Of a stretch of DNA of 64,000 bases, positions 21,233 through 30,625 are shown piece by piece (position 1 is the first letter of the stretch; each line of letters opens with the position of its first letter). Below the pieces are notes generated by a model, which was not told where the DNA came from, did no database searches, and was given only the letters and a program-made list of their open reading frames with translations. The position numbers and the translations under genes were made by a program. The stretch comes from Gemmatimonas sp. (lineage in GTDB: Bacteria; Gemmatimonadota; Gemmatimonadetes; Gemmatimonadales; Gemmatimonadaceae). Location: the NCBI GenBank assembly GCA_031414535.1, contig JANNVQ010000049.1, positions 1-64,000 on the forward strand, given 5' to 3'.

Positions 21233-21330
21233 ACTATCTCTCCGTTAAAAATGGTTCCCCAACCGAGCACGCTGGGCGGACGTTGAGTGTAACGCCCAAA
21301 CCCAGGTGACTCAGTCGTACCGATGGGAAA

Positions 21331-21501
21331 TCAGCGAATCGCTGAGGCCACAGCGGGCGGGTTGTACTTCGCCTTCAGGCTCTTGGGCCAGCCGAGCTGA
21401 CCGAACGCGAAGATGTGAATCACAAGCACCGTGCCGACGACGAACGTGGCCGTGCCCATCAACACCTGGTGCGCGTCGAGACCAATCCAAACTCTGTGCA
21501 T
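21331..21501 (-). CDS. pufA: Second light-harvesting alpha polypeptide (LHh/outer-ring type), 56 aa; not in ORF track
   Basis: Hand translation MHRVWIGLDAHQVLMGTATFVVGTVLVIHIFAFGQLGWPKSLKAKYNPPAVASAIR*; GAGGAG RBS; BChl His29 plus extra His11. Confidence 0.92.
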   Translation of the reverse strand: MHRVWIGLDAHQVLMGTATFVVGTVLVIHIFAFGQLGWPKSLKAKYNPPAVASAIR

Positions 21502-21536
21502 AACGACTCCTCTTTAGTGTGAGTGGGTGACGTGGA

Positions 21537-21668
21537 TCAGAACCACGGACGCCACGACCAGGCGAGGAAGTGTGCCACAACTGCGACTGCGACGAAGCCA
21601 AGAGTCCCGAGCATGAACTGGCCGTGGAAACGACGGGCGTCTTCTTCGTTCATTCCAGTGCTACTCAT
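21537..21668 (-). CDS. pufB: Light-harvesting beta polypeptide, 43 aa; not in ORF track
   Basis: Hand translation MSSTGMNEEDARRFHGQFMLGTLGFVAVAVVAHFLAWSWRPWF*; GGAGG RBS; classic FH...AH...WRPW. Confidence 0.96.
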   Translation of the reverse strand: MSSTGMNEEDARRFHGQFMLGTLGFVAVAVVAHFLAWSWRPWF

Positions 21669-21774
21669 ACGCCACCTCCAAGTGGGTATGCGGTCCCGCG
21701 AATTCCCGCGCGGTCCGGGCAGATACGCTCATTCGAGACGCATCCAACAACTGGTCCTACGGTACTGCACTTTC

Positions 21775-21838
21775 GGACGGAAGACGGATGACGGACGCAG
21801 CACGGTGCCGAGAAGCATCCGTCATCCGTCTTCCGTCC
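21775..21838. repeat. 24-bp hairpin built from GACGGAW heptamers directly 3' of bchZ
   Basis: GGACGGAAGACGGATGACGGACGC / GCATCCGTCATCCGTCTTCCGTCC; the single mismatch is a G-U pair in the minus-strand RNA. Confidence 0.85.
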
Positions 21839-21841
21839 CCG

Positions 21842-23296
21842 CTACACTCCTGCTCCCGTAATCGTCCGCCGCGACGCCAACACGTGATCACGTGTCACCA
21901 CCGCATCGTTGAGTCCGCGTGCATCGTGCTCGCTCGCATCACGCAGCCGCTTGGCCGCCGAAATACGAATGAGAATCGGCTGCGCCTCGACGATTTCATC
22001 AAACAACGCCTTCGCTTCGTCGTCCCACGGCATCTCCTTGTGCATCCGTGTCGGCGTCGCGTCCACTTTATCCATCTCAGTAGCCAGCGGCAGAATGTGG
22101 AACAGCGCATCGAACAGCGCGTTGCACACTTCTTGAATCAGATACGTCGCACCGGCATAACCCATGAACGGCGTGCCCGTGTGGCGCCTGATAATCGCGC
22201 CGGGGAATGACGCGGGGATGTACATCCCGCGACCACCGGCTTCCGCCATATACATGCGCTCGTTGTAGCTGCCAAAGAGAATGAGCGGCGGCTTGGTCTT
22301 CACCAACGAACGAATCTCTTCGTTGTCGGTCTTCTTGCCCGCAAGACGGCTCACCGCAAACGTGCAGGGCAGTCCCATCTCTTCTTCAAGGAAGTGCCGC
22401 ACACCGCGCGCATAGGTCTCGTTGGCCACAATCGCGAAGCTCGCGGTGCCAAAGAAATCCTGCGTCACGGATCTCCACAGATCCCAAATCGGCTTGATCG
22501 TCGTGTGCTTCTCGCGCTCGATGAACGGCTCCGGGTCAATGCCCAGCATCTCGCCCAGCGTGCGCAAAAACTTTGTGGTGGAGTGCAGCCCAATCGGCGC
22601 CTGGAGATACGGCGTGTCGAGCGACTCGCAGAGCATGCGCCCGAACTCGCGGTACATGCAGACATTCACGTCCGCATCTACGAGCCGCGGGACATCGGCA
22701 AGATGGCTCCCCAGCGGGAACACCATGTTGATCTCGGCGCCGATGCCTTCCACCAGGCGACGAATCTCGTGCAAATCACTCGCGGTGTTAAACGTCCCGT
22801 AAATCGGGCCGATGATGTTCACGCGCGGCTTCGCACCCGGCGCACGCTCGGTCTTCTTGGGACGCACACCCTTCTTGAGTCCGTATTCAGTCCACAGCCA
22901 GTAGAGCGCACGGTTCGCGCACTGCCACTGGTCTTCGTCAATCGTACGCGGCAAGAAGCGCTGAATGCCCGTGCCCTCAGGCGTCACGCCGCCGCCAATC
23001 ATCTCAGCAATTGAACCCGTGACCACCACCGACGGCAATTCAGGATCGAGCGTCGCATGCGCGCGCTTCATAGATCCTTCCGTGCCTTCGCGACCGAGCT
23101 GCTCTTCACCAAGCCCAGTCACAACAATCGGCAGCTCGTGCGGCGGCAGCCCATCGGTGTAATGCAGCACCGACGTCACTGGCAAATTCTCGCAGCCCAC
23201 AGGACCGTCAATGACAACCTGCAGTCCCTTAATAGCAGAGAACACATACACGGCGCCCCAGTATCCACCCGCGCGGTCATGATCCAGAACTAGCAT
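21842..23296 (-). CDS. bchZ: Chlorophyllide a reductase subunit Z
   Basis: [35 protein letters not shown]-terminal PCP_red domain. Confidence 0.97.
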   Translation of the reverse strand: MLVLDHDRAGGYWGAVYVFSAIKGLQVVIDGPVGCENLPVTSVLHYTDGLPPHELPIVVTGLGEEQLGREGTEGSMKRAHATLDPELPSVVVTGSIAEMIGGGVTPEGTGIQRFLPRTIDEDQWQCANRALYWLWTEYGLKKGVRPKKTERAPGAKPRVNIIGPIYGTFNTASDLHEIRRLVEGIGAEINMVFPLGSHLADVPRLVDADVNVCMYREFGRMLCESLDTPYLQAPIGLHSTTKFLRTLGEMLGIDPEPFIEREKHTTIKPIWDLWRSVTQDFFGTASFAIVANETYARGVRHFLEEEMGLPCTFAVSRLAGKKTDNEEIRSLVKTKPPLILFGSYNERMYMAEAGGRGMYIPASFPGAIIRRHTGTPFMGYAGATYLIQEVCNALFDALFHILPLATEMDKVDATPTRMHKEMPWDDEAKALFDEIVEAQPILIRISAAKRLRDASEHDARGLNDAVVTRDHVLASRRTITGAGV

Positions 23297-24819
23297 CAGA
23301 TCATAGCCTCGCTGTTGCGCTGCTTGTTGATCTTGGCCAGATGCCGCTTGTAATGCTCGCGGAACTCCGGCCGATCAACCGGCACATCTTCCCACACGCC
23401 AGCGGCATAGCCTTCACCGACGCCAGCGAAGAAATCTTTCATCGTGTCAAAGCGCGCCTTGTTCCCAATGGCCGCATTCACCACCTGCGCCAGCGAACCG
23501 GCACCTGCAGGTCCCATCAACGGCCGCGCCGAGATAAGATTGGTGAAGTACACGCCTGGGATGCTGAGCTCCTTGGCCGCCTGTACGATCGGCGTGGTGC
23601 CAATGGCCAGGTCCGGCTTGAACTCGTGCATCGCCGCGAGGTCCTGTTCGAGCGAGGCGCGGAACTGCACGTGCACGCCCTTTGCCTCAAGCCACTCGCG
23701 ATCCACATCGCTCCACTTGGTGCGCGGGCAGGCGGATCCGACATATCGCACATCGGCGCCGCTCTCAACCAAGAGGCGCGCCACCAGCAACTCTGAACCT
23801 TCGTAGCCGCTCATCGTGATGCGGCCCTTAATCGGCATCTTGCCTAAAGCGCCCTTGATGGCCGGCAGCATCTTCTGCTTGGCCGCTGCAATGAGATCGC
23901 TGCTCACGTTGTAGGCGGCACCGATGTTCTCGAGCCACGAAGCCGTGCCGTCATAGCCTACAGGCGCCGAGCCAACAACCTTGCGGCCCGCGGCTTCGAA
24001 CTCGCGAACACAGGCGGTATAGAACGGATGGATCGCCGCAACAACCTGTGAGTCGAGCGCCGCGTACAGCTCACGCCATTCGCGCGTCGGCACCACTGGG
24101 CCAGCAGCGAGTCCCATCGGCTCAAGCATCATCGCGATGCCCATCGGGTCGGCCGGGAACATCTCACCCAAGAGCGTCACCGTCGGCTTCTCGCTCTTGC
24201 CACCGCGCGGGGCGGCCACAGGTCCGAGCTCCGCTTCGGTGCGCGCATACTTGAGCATTGCGCCAGCCAGCACGTCCTTGGCTTCAGCATGGGTGGGCAC
24301 GCCAAAGCCAGGGACATCAATGCCGATGATACGTACGCCGTTGATCTCCTTGGGTAGGAGCTGCAGCGGAACGCCGGATGCCGTCGGCACACAAAGATTC
24401 GTGATCACAATCGCGTCGTAGAGCGCCGGATCAGCCGTCTTGTACACAGCGTCGCGAATGTCTTCAAAGAGCTTGCCCGTGACGAGCGACTCTGAGTTGA
24501 AGGGCACGTAGCCAACCGTGCGGCGCGCGCCATAGAAATGCGAGGTGAACGTCAGGCCGTACACGCAGCAAGCCGAACCAGAGAGAATGGTCGCCGTGCG
24601 GCGCATGCGCAGCCCTACGCGCAGCGAACCAAACGCCGGGCACATTGACTGCGGCTGATCGTGCGGACCCTTGGGATAATCCTTGGCGTACTGATCCAAG
24701 GTCTCGCTCTTCCCCGCGGCTCGTGCCGCGTTGAGAAGCTCTTCCTTGCCCGAATGACACCCCACACCGTCGCTCGTGAGAGCGGCCGTGTTAGCGATGA
24801 CGGGGAGCGGCGTAGACAT
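23296..24819 (-). CDS. bchY: Chlorophyllide a reductase subunit Y
   Basis: [36 protein letters not shown]; start at MSTPLP. Confidence 0.97.
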   Translation of the reverse strand: MSTPLPVIANTAALTSDGVGCHSGKEELLNAARAAGKSETLDQYAKDYPKGPHDQPQSMCPAFGSLRVGLRMRRTATILSGSACCVYGLTFTSHFYGARRTVGYVPFNSESLVTGKLFEDIRDAVYKTADPALYDAIVITNLCVPTASGVPLQLLPKEINGVRIIGIDVPGFGVPTHAEAKDVLAGAMLKYARTEAELGPVAAPRGGKSEKPTVTLLGEMFPADPMGIAMMLEPMGLAAGPVVPTREWRELYAALDSQVVAAIHPFYTACVREFEAAGRKVVGSAPVGYDGTASWLENIGAAYNVSSDLIAAAKQKMLPAIKGALGKMPIKGRITMSGYEGSELLVARLLVESGADVRYVGSACPRTKWSDVDREWLEAKGVHVQFRASLEQDLAAMHEFKPDLAIGTTPIVQAAKELSIPGVYFTNLISARPLMGPAGAGSLAQVVNAAIGNKARFDTMKDFFAGVGEGYAAGVWEDVPVDRPEFREHYKRHLAKINKQRNSEAMI

Positions 24820-24823
24820 TAAA

Positions 24824-25834
24824 TCAGACCGTGTCGTAAACGACTTCGAGTGACGGCTTCGTGATATCGTTGCGGCCCACCATGTCAAACGTCGTCGCCG
24901 GCTGCAGCACGACGTGGCGGCCTACGACATCTCCAGCGAACAGGCCCAGCAGCTCATCCTGCGACAGCGGCTTCGGACGCACCGGCGGCGCTTCACCAAC
25001 ATTCGTCGCCAGCGTCTCAAACATCGGGCCCCACTGCGTCCCGGGGATGCCGACGATCTCGTAGTTGGCGCTCTTACGGCGAATGTCTTCGTGCGCTGGG
25101 ATAGCCGCGAGAATCGGAATCCCGGCCTTCTCGGCGAACGCTGCGGCTTCGCCGGTGCCGTCATCCTTATTCACCACCATGCCCGCCACACCAACGTTGC
25201 CACCGAGCTTGCGGAAGTATTCCACCGCCGAGCACACGTTGTTGGCCACGTAGAGCGACTGCAGGTCGTTGGAGCCGACGACGATGACCTTCTGGCACAT
25301 GTCGCGGGCAATCGGCAGGCCGAAGCCGCCGCAGACCACGTCGCCCAAGAAGTCGAGCAGCACGTAGTCAAAGCCCCACTCGTGGAAGCCAAGCTTCTCG
25401 AGGAGTTCAAAGCCGTGGATGATGCCGCGTCCGCCGCAACCGCGGCCGACTTCCGGGCCGCCCAGTTCCATGGCGAACACACCGTCACGCTTGAAGCACA
25501 CATCAGAGATGGTGACTTCTTCGCCGGCCAACTTCTTCTTGGAAGAAGTTTCGATGATGGTCGGGCAGGCGCGGCCGCCGAATAGCAACGAGGTCGTATC
25601 AGACTTGGGGTCGCAGCCGATGAGCAACACCTTCTTGCCCTGCTGCGCCATCATATAGGAGAGGTTGGACAGCGTGAAGCTCTTGCCGATGCCGCCCTTG
25701 CCGTAGATCGCGATGATCTGCGTTTCTTTCTTTACACCAGTCGTCGAGACCGGGGTGGGCTCTGCGTGTGCTTCGTCACGAAGACCACGATGCAGCTGCA
25801 CCAGCGCGTCGCCCTGCGGGTTGTTCTCAATCAC
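24824..25834 (-). CDS. bchX: Chlorophyllide a reductase iron protein
   Basis: YGKGGIGKS, GCDPKSD, GRGCGGRG, DVVCGGF. Confidence 0.97.
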   Translation of the reverse strand: MIENNPQGDALVQLHRGLRDEAHAEPTPVSTTGVKKETQIIAIYGKGGIGKSFTLSNLSYMMAQQGKKVLLIGCDPKSDTTSLLFGGRACPTIIETSSKKKLAGEEVTISDVCFKRDGVFAMELGGPEVGRGCGGRGIIHGFELLEKLGFHEWGFDYVLLDFLGDVVCGGFGLPIARDMCQKVIVVGSNDLQSLYVANNVCSAVEYFRKLGGNVGVAGMVVNKDDGTGEAAAFAEKAGIPILAAIPAHEDIRRKSANYEIVGIPGTQWGPMFETLATNVGEAPPVRPKPLSQDELLGLFAGDVVGRHVVLQPATTFDMVGRNDITKPSLEVVYDTV

Positions 25835-26781
25835 GAGATTGTGCTCCAGTCGAGGACCATCTTGAGGCAGTTCGGATCATTGAATGCGGCGCGGTAGGCA
25901 TCTGCGGCGCGTTCGGCGGGGGAGATATTTGTAATGAGTCCATCAAGCGACAGCGAACCCGCCGTCACGAGGTCCAACACGCTGGCGAGGTCACCGGGTG
26001 ACCACTCGGCGGCGATCCGCAACCGCGCCTCCTTCATGAAGGCAGGCGGAAACGCAAACTGAATGGGCGTCGAGTAGAAGCCGGCGAGCACGATCTCGCC
26101 GCCCTTCACGAGGCGGAACATCAGCGAATCGAGCAGCGAAGCGTCGCCGCTCGCGTCGAAGATGCAGGCGTAGTCGCGGCGCGTATCGGCGTCGCTGGTG
26201 AGCACGGGATAATCCGTCGCGCCCGTCATCCGCTCAGGCGTCCGCTCCCACACCGTGGGCGCTCCACCAAGCGCGCGCGTGATGCGCGCCGTCAAGCGGC
26301 CAAACACCCCGTGCCCGATGATGAGATCAGGAAGCACGGCACCAGCGCGGATGGCGTGGTAGGCCGTAGCGCCCAATGCCAGCAAGGTCGCCCGCTCGCC
26401 CAACGCGGCATCAACCGGAATCACGCGCGCCGCAGGGGCTACCACCGTATGCGAGGCACCACCAAACAGGCCGCGCACTTCGCCGTAACAATTGGCGCCC
26501 GGCACAAACACTGAGGTGCCAACACTCAGGCTCGCGTCCGGTCCCGCTTCTATAATACGTCCCACCGACTCGTAACCCGGCACGAGCGGGTAACCGAGTC
26601 CGGGGAACGGAGGCATACGACCTTCCCAGAGAAGCCGCTCAGTGCCCGCGCTGATGGAAGACCACTCAATCTGCACCACGACGTCACCAACACCCGGAGA
26701 TGCAAGATTCAACTCGCGCAGCGCGAGCTGCTGAGGAGCGTCGAAGACCACAGCGAGTGACTTCACCTGCGAACGGGGCAC
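25831..26781 (-). CDS. bchC: 3-hydroxyethyl bacteriochlorophyllide a dehydrogenase
   Basis: GTERLLWEGRMPPFPG, PLVPGYESVG, FAFPPAFMKEA, CLKMVLDW; start GTG 26781 or 26766 uncertain. Confidence 0.93.
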   Translation of the reverse strand: MPRSQVKSLAVVFDAPQQLALRELNLASPGVGDVVVQIEWSSISAGTERLLWEGRMPPFPGLGYPLVPGYESVGRIIEAGPDASLSVGTSVFVPGANCYGEVRGLFGGASHTVVAPAARVIPVDAALGERATLLALGATAYHAIRAGAVLPDLIIGHGVFGRLTARITRALGGAPTVWERTPERMTGATDYPVLTSDADTRRDYACIFDASGDASLLDSLMFRLVKGGEIVLAGFYSTPIQFAFPPAFMKEARLRIAAEWSPGDLASVLDLVTAGSLSLDGLITNISPAERAADAYRAAFNDPNCLKMVLDWSTIS

Positions 26782-26824
26782 TGCACACTCTGGTATTGAG
26801 TAACGCAAACTTGACGGTTTACAT

Positions 26825-26842
26825 TGTCAACCGAAGCTGACA
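26825..26842. promoter_or_regulatory. PpsR/CrtJ operator in the bchC / P450-operon divergent promoter
   Basis: TGT-CAACCGAAGCTG-ACA, exact TGT-N12-ACA. Confidence 0.8.
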
Positions 26843-26919
26843 CCACATAAAGTGTGATGTGGAGCGCCGGACGTCAAGATGGACTTTCAAGGAATTTTCA
26901 AGCACCCCATTTTCGAGAT

Positions 26920-27669
26920 ATGAGCCTCTTCCGAATCCTCGTCGCCGCCCACATTGCCACCGGCGCCGTCGGCCTTTTCCTCTTCTGGGTGTCCGTCCTC
27001 TCCAAGAAAGGGGGCCAGGTCCACCGACGCTGGGGACTGGTCTTCACCTACAGCATGCTGGTCACGGGCTGCATCGCCATGGGAATGGGGATCTCCACCC
27101 TCTTGGACCCGATTGGAACCCACCCCCACCTGGAGCTTCCTGAGTGGAGACCCCAGGTGATTCAGGCCATCTTCGGCTGGATGATGCTGTATTTGGCCAT
27201 CCTGACCATCAGCCTGGCCTGGCACGGCCTCCAAGCTGTCAGGAATAAGCGACACCACAGCGACAATCGGCGGCCCTTCGACGTCGGGCTCCAACTCCTG
27301 GTCATCGCAGCCGCCATCAATTGCGCCGCCCGAGGCTACTTGGCCGGCCAGCCCCTCATGATTGGCATCTCTATAGTTGGCTTGGCCTCGGGGCTCACCA
27401 ACCTGGCCTTTGCTTTCCGGGCGGCCCCCAAGAAGTGGGACTACATGATTGAGCACATGAAGGCACTCGTCGGCGCCGGCATTTCGGTCTACACGGCCTT
27501 CATGACCTTCGGTCTCGTCCGCCTCATGCCCCAGCACGCACTCAACCCCATGACCTGGGCCATTCCCCTCACCATCGGACTCTCCATCATCTTCTGGCAC
27601 CGCTACCAAATCAGCACCTGGTACAAGCGTGGCGTCACGCGCGTGCAAATGAGCGAGCAGCAGCGATGA
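26920..27669 (+). CDS. Polytopic membrane protein (DUF2306-like, His-rich TM helices)
   Basis: AHIATG..KGGQVHRRWG start, about 7 TM segments, IEHMKAL motif. Confidence 0.75.
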   Translation: MSLFRILVAAHIATGAVGLFLFWVSVLSKKGGQVHRRWGLVFTYSMLVTGCIAMGMGISTLLDPIGTHPHLELPEWRPQVIQAIFGWMMLYLAILTISLAWHGLQAVRNKRHHSDNRRPFDVGLQLLVIAAAINCAARGYLAGQPLMIGISIVGLASGLTNLAFAFRAAPKKWDYMIEHMKALVGAGISVYTAFMTFGLVRLMPQHALNPMTWAIPLTIGLSIIFWHRYQISTWYKRGVTRVQMSEQQR

Positions 27670-28040
27670 GCCGCAGCGGACGGAGCCTCGCGGGCTTCGG
27701 CATCTATGCCATGATCATGGGCTCAGGGCTCCTTATCGCGCCCGACCAGATGCTCGACTTCCTCCGCACCGCACGCACCAGCGAGCACTGGATCCGTCTC
27801 CTCGGCGTGAGCGCCATCGTCCTGGGCTTCTATTACATCACCGCCGGACGGCACGAACTCACGCCGATCATCCGCGCCTCGCTCTGGGGACGCATCGCCA
27901 TGGCCACAGGCTTCTCCGCGCTCGTCGTGCTGCAAATCGCTCCAGTGCTGCTGCTTGGCATCGCCGGCAACGAACTCCTCGGCGTTCTCTGGACCACGCT
28001 CGCGCTTCGCGCGGACGAACGCGACGGAGGCCTCGCGTGA
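27666..28040 (+). CDS. Small 4-TM membrane protein
   Basis: Hydrophobic 124 aa ORF, ATGA/GTGA-coupled on both sides. Confidence 0.75.
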   Translation: MSRSGRSLAGFGIYAMIMGSGLLIAPDQMLDFLRTARTSEHWIRLLGVSAIVLGFYYITAGRHELTPIIRASLWGRIAMATGFSALVVLQIAPVLLLGIAGNELLGVLWTTLALRADERDGGLA

Positions 28041-29419
28041 CCATCACCCCCGCTGGCTATCGGCCCCCGGCCCCACGACAAATCGGGCCGCTGCGCTCCC
28101 TGCTGCGCGTCATTGCCGAAGGCGAGGGCGATCTGCTCTCACTCATTCCCGATCTCGCGTACCAGAAGATGCTCCTGCCCCTCGGCATCACGCGCCGCGG
28201 AATCCTCTACCTCAACGACCCCGCGCTCGTCACCCATGTGCTCACGGACGCCGAGGGGATATTTCCCAAGAACGACCTCATGGTAGATGCCGTGGTGCCG
28301 CTCATCGGCGACGCGATGTTCGTCTCCAGTGGCGACACCTGGCGGCAACAGCGCCGGATGATTGAGCCCGCGTTCTCGCACATGCGGCTCAACCGCGCCT
28401 ACGCGCAGATGGAAGCCGCGCTCGACGATCACGAACAGTGGCTCGAAGGCTACGTCGCAAGTGGTGAGGCCTACTCACTCGATGCCGCCATGGGCCATCT
28501 CACTGCCGACGTCATCACGCGCACCATCTTCTCCACCGGCCTGCACGAAGGCGTGGCCCGCGATGTCTTCGACGCGTTCACGATCTTCGAGCGTCAGGTG
28601 GCGAGCGTGAACGTGAAGGCCTTGATCATTGACAAGCCCTGGAGTCACACCAAACAGCCGCAGCAAGTGCTCGACGCCTGCGCACGCATCCGTGCGCACA
28701 TCGGCACCATGCTCGACCCGCGGCTCGCACCCGGCGCGCCGCTCCTCGATGACATCGCCGGTGCAACCATCGCCGCGGTGGATCCCGACACAGGCAAGAC
28801 CTTCACGCGCGACGAACTCATTGATGAGCTCGGAGTGTTCTTCCTCGCTGGGCACGAGACCAGCGCGAGCGTGCTCACCTGGGTGTTCTTCCTCCTCTCG
28901 CAGCGCCCCGAAGTCGTGGCGCGCATTCGCGCTGAGGTTGAGGCCCAGTGCGGCGACGGTCCCATCACCGCCGAGCACGCCAAGCGATTCTCGTACATCA
29001 AGATGGTCTTCAAGGAGACCATGCGGCTGTATCCGCCCATCACCTTCTTGCCGCGCGTAGCACTCAAGGACACGGTGATCGGCACACGAAAGGTGAAGCG
29101 CGGCACGATGCTGATGATCGCGCCCTGGACCATCCATCGGCACCAGAAATTCTGGAAGGACCCCGAGATTTTTGATCCTGAGCGCTTCGCACCGGAGCGC
29201 GAGCGGGCCATCACGCCCGGCACCTTCCTACCCTTTGGCCTCGGACCGCGCGTATGCGTGGGCGCCGCCTTCGCTACGCTCGAGGCCGCACTCGTCGTTG
29301 CACGCCTCACACGGCGTTACGACTTCACGGCGCTCTCACCAGAGACGGTGCGTCCCTGCGCGCGTCTCACCACGCGTCCGCGGCACGAAGTCATGGTGCG
29401 CGTCACGCCACGGCGCTGA
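28037..29419 (+). CDS. Cytochrome P450
   Basis: AGHETS I-helix, ETMR (ExxR), PERF, heme ligand FGLGPRVCVG. Confidence 0.96.
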   Translation: MTITPAGYRPPAPRQIGPLRSLLRVIAEGEGDLLSLIPDLAYQKMLLPLGITRRGILYLNDPALVTHVLTDAEGIFPKNDLMVDAVVPLIGDAMFVSSGDTWRQQRRMIEPAFSHMRLNRAYAQMEAALDDHEQWLEGYVASGEAYSLDAAMGHLTADVITRTIFSTGLHEGVARDVFDAFTIFERQVASVNVKALIIDKPWSHTKQPQQVLDACARIRAHIGTMLDPRLAPGAPLLDDIAGATIAAVDPDTGKTFTRDELIDELGVFFLAGHETSASVLTWVFFLLSQRPEVVARIRAEVEAQCGDGPITAEHAKRFSYIKMVFKETMRLYPPITFLPRVALKDTVIGTRKVKRGTMLMIAPWTIHRHQKFWKDPEIFDPERFAPERERAITPGTFLPFGLGPRVCVGAAFATLEAALVVARLTRRYDFTALSPETVRPCARLTTRPRHEVMVRVTPRR

Positions 29420-29425
29420 TTGCCT

Positions 29426-29740
29426 TCAGCGGCCCCAGAGCAAGGCTACGTGAGCCGCGTGGAAGAACAGCGCCGCCAGCAACGAGAACGCAAACGGCAG
29501 CGGAAACCGCTCCACGCGCCGCACAAAGAACATTGAGAACATCAAACTCGCGCCGGCGCCGAGGAAGGTGAGCAGTTCCACGGGCAAAGGACCCTGACCC
29601 GTGCTGCGATTCCACAACACAAGCACCGTCGCCTCAACGACGACGACGCCGAGCATGAACACGATCATCCCATCAGAGGCGAGCGTGCGCGTCATGCGGC
29701 GCATGACCCTTCGAAACGGTGAGAGCGGTAGTTCAGTCAC
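29426..29740 (-). CDS. Small 3-TM membrane protein
   Basis: Hydrophobic ORF coupled (GTGA) to the upstream hydratase gene; true start may be internal. Confidence 0.65.
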   Translation of the reverse strand: MTELPLSPFRRVMRRMTRTLASDGMIVFMLGVVVVEATVLVLWNRSTGQGPLPVELLTFLGAGASLMFSMFFVRRVERFPLPFAFSLLAALFFHAAHVALLWGR

Positions 29741-30621
29741 GCGATTGCCGAGGAGAGTGAAGGTTTAGGAGCGGCGCGCCAAGCCAGTACCAGTGGAATT
29801 CCCATCGCCACGAGGCCTACCAGAGCCGCAGGCACCATGCCCCAGCGCAAGCAGATGGTGAGCGGCAGAATCGCGTTGGCCGCGTACAGCGTCACCGGAA
29901 AGCGCTGTGGCGCCACGCGTGAGGACCACACGCTCGGTGGAATCACGAACAGCATCGCTCGGGCCACGATGGTGCCCGTGAGCACCCAACCGAGGAAGTT
30001 GGCCGGCGGCACGCCGAAGTAAGCGGTGCGGCTTCCTAGCCACTGTTGCCAGCTCGGCGCCGTGCTCAAGTCCGGCAACTGCCAGAGCCAATGCTCGGTG
30101 CGAAACATCGCCGGATCCATTGTCAGGTCCCAGGCGGTGAGAATGAGTGCGGCCACGAATGACCACCACCACTTGTTGGCCGCATCGTCACGCGCCGGCA
30201 AGATACGGCCGCAGATGCCGAGTCCGGCCACAAGCAAGTAGAACCACGAGGTCGGGATGTTGAACGGCACGAGTCCAAGGATCAGGAAGCCGAGGCGCTC
30301 GGTGTACACGTACGGGCCGAATGGATAGCCCGTCGTGGTGCCGATGGCTTCTGCCGCGAACGAGAGCACGAAGCAGATGGCCAACGACTGCAGTGTGCGC
30401 CGCCATCCCACACAGCTTGCCAAGAACCACACAGCGGCCACTGCACCGAGTACGACGGTGGTCTGGCCACCGAACTTATAGCTGAAGTCCATGATGGCCT
30501 GGTTGGCGGGACGCCGGAAGAATTCCGGAATCGGCGGCACCAGGAAGGTCGCGAAGGCAACGGCGGAGCCGACGCTAAGTGCGATGTGCGCACGGAGTGC
30601 GTTGCGTACAACGCGCTGCAC
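29737..30621 (-). CDS. cruF: CruF-like carotenoid 1,2-hydratase (carotenoid biosynthesis membrane protein)
   Basis: AEAIGTTTGYPFGPYVYT, WDLTMDP and GVPPANFLGW motifs. Confidence 0.8.
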   Translation of the reverse strand: MQRVVRNALRAHIALSVGSAVAFATFLVPPIPEFFRRPANQAIMDFSYKFGGQTTVVLGAVAAVWFLASCVGWRRTLQSLAICFVLSFAAEAIGTTTGYPFGPYVYTERLGFLILGLVPFNIPTSWFYLLVAGLGICGRILPARDDAANKWWWSFVAALILTAWDLTMDPAMFRTEHWLWQLPDLSTAPSWQQWLGSRTAYFGVPPANFLGWVLTGTIVARAMLFVIPPSVWSSRVAPQRFPVTLYAANAILPLTICLRWGMVPAALVGLVAMGIPLVLAWRAAPKPSLSSAIA

Positions 30622-30625
30622 GCGC

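Noticed and set aside
21311..21601. 96-aa tracked ORF in the puf region
   Set aside because: Off-frame overlap of the real pufB and second alpha genes
26872..26889. Second PpsR site near bchC (CGTCAA-N6-CTTTCA)
   Set aside because: Mismatches both TGT and ACA; too degenerate to call
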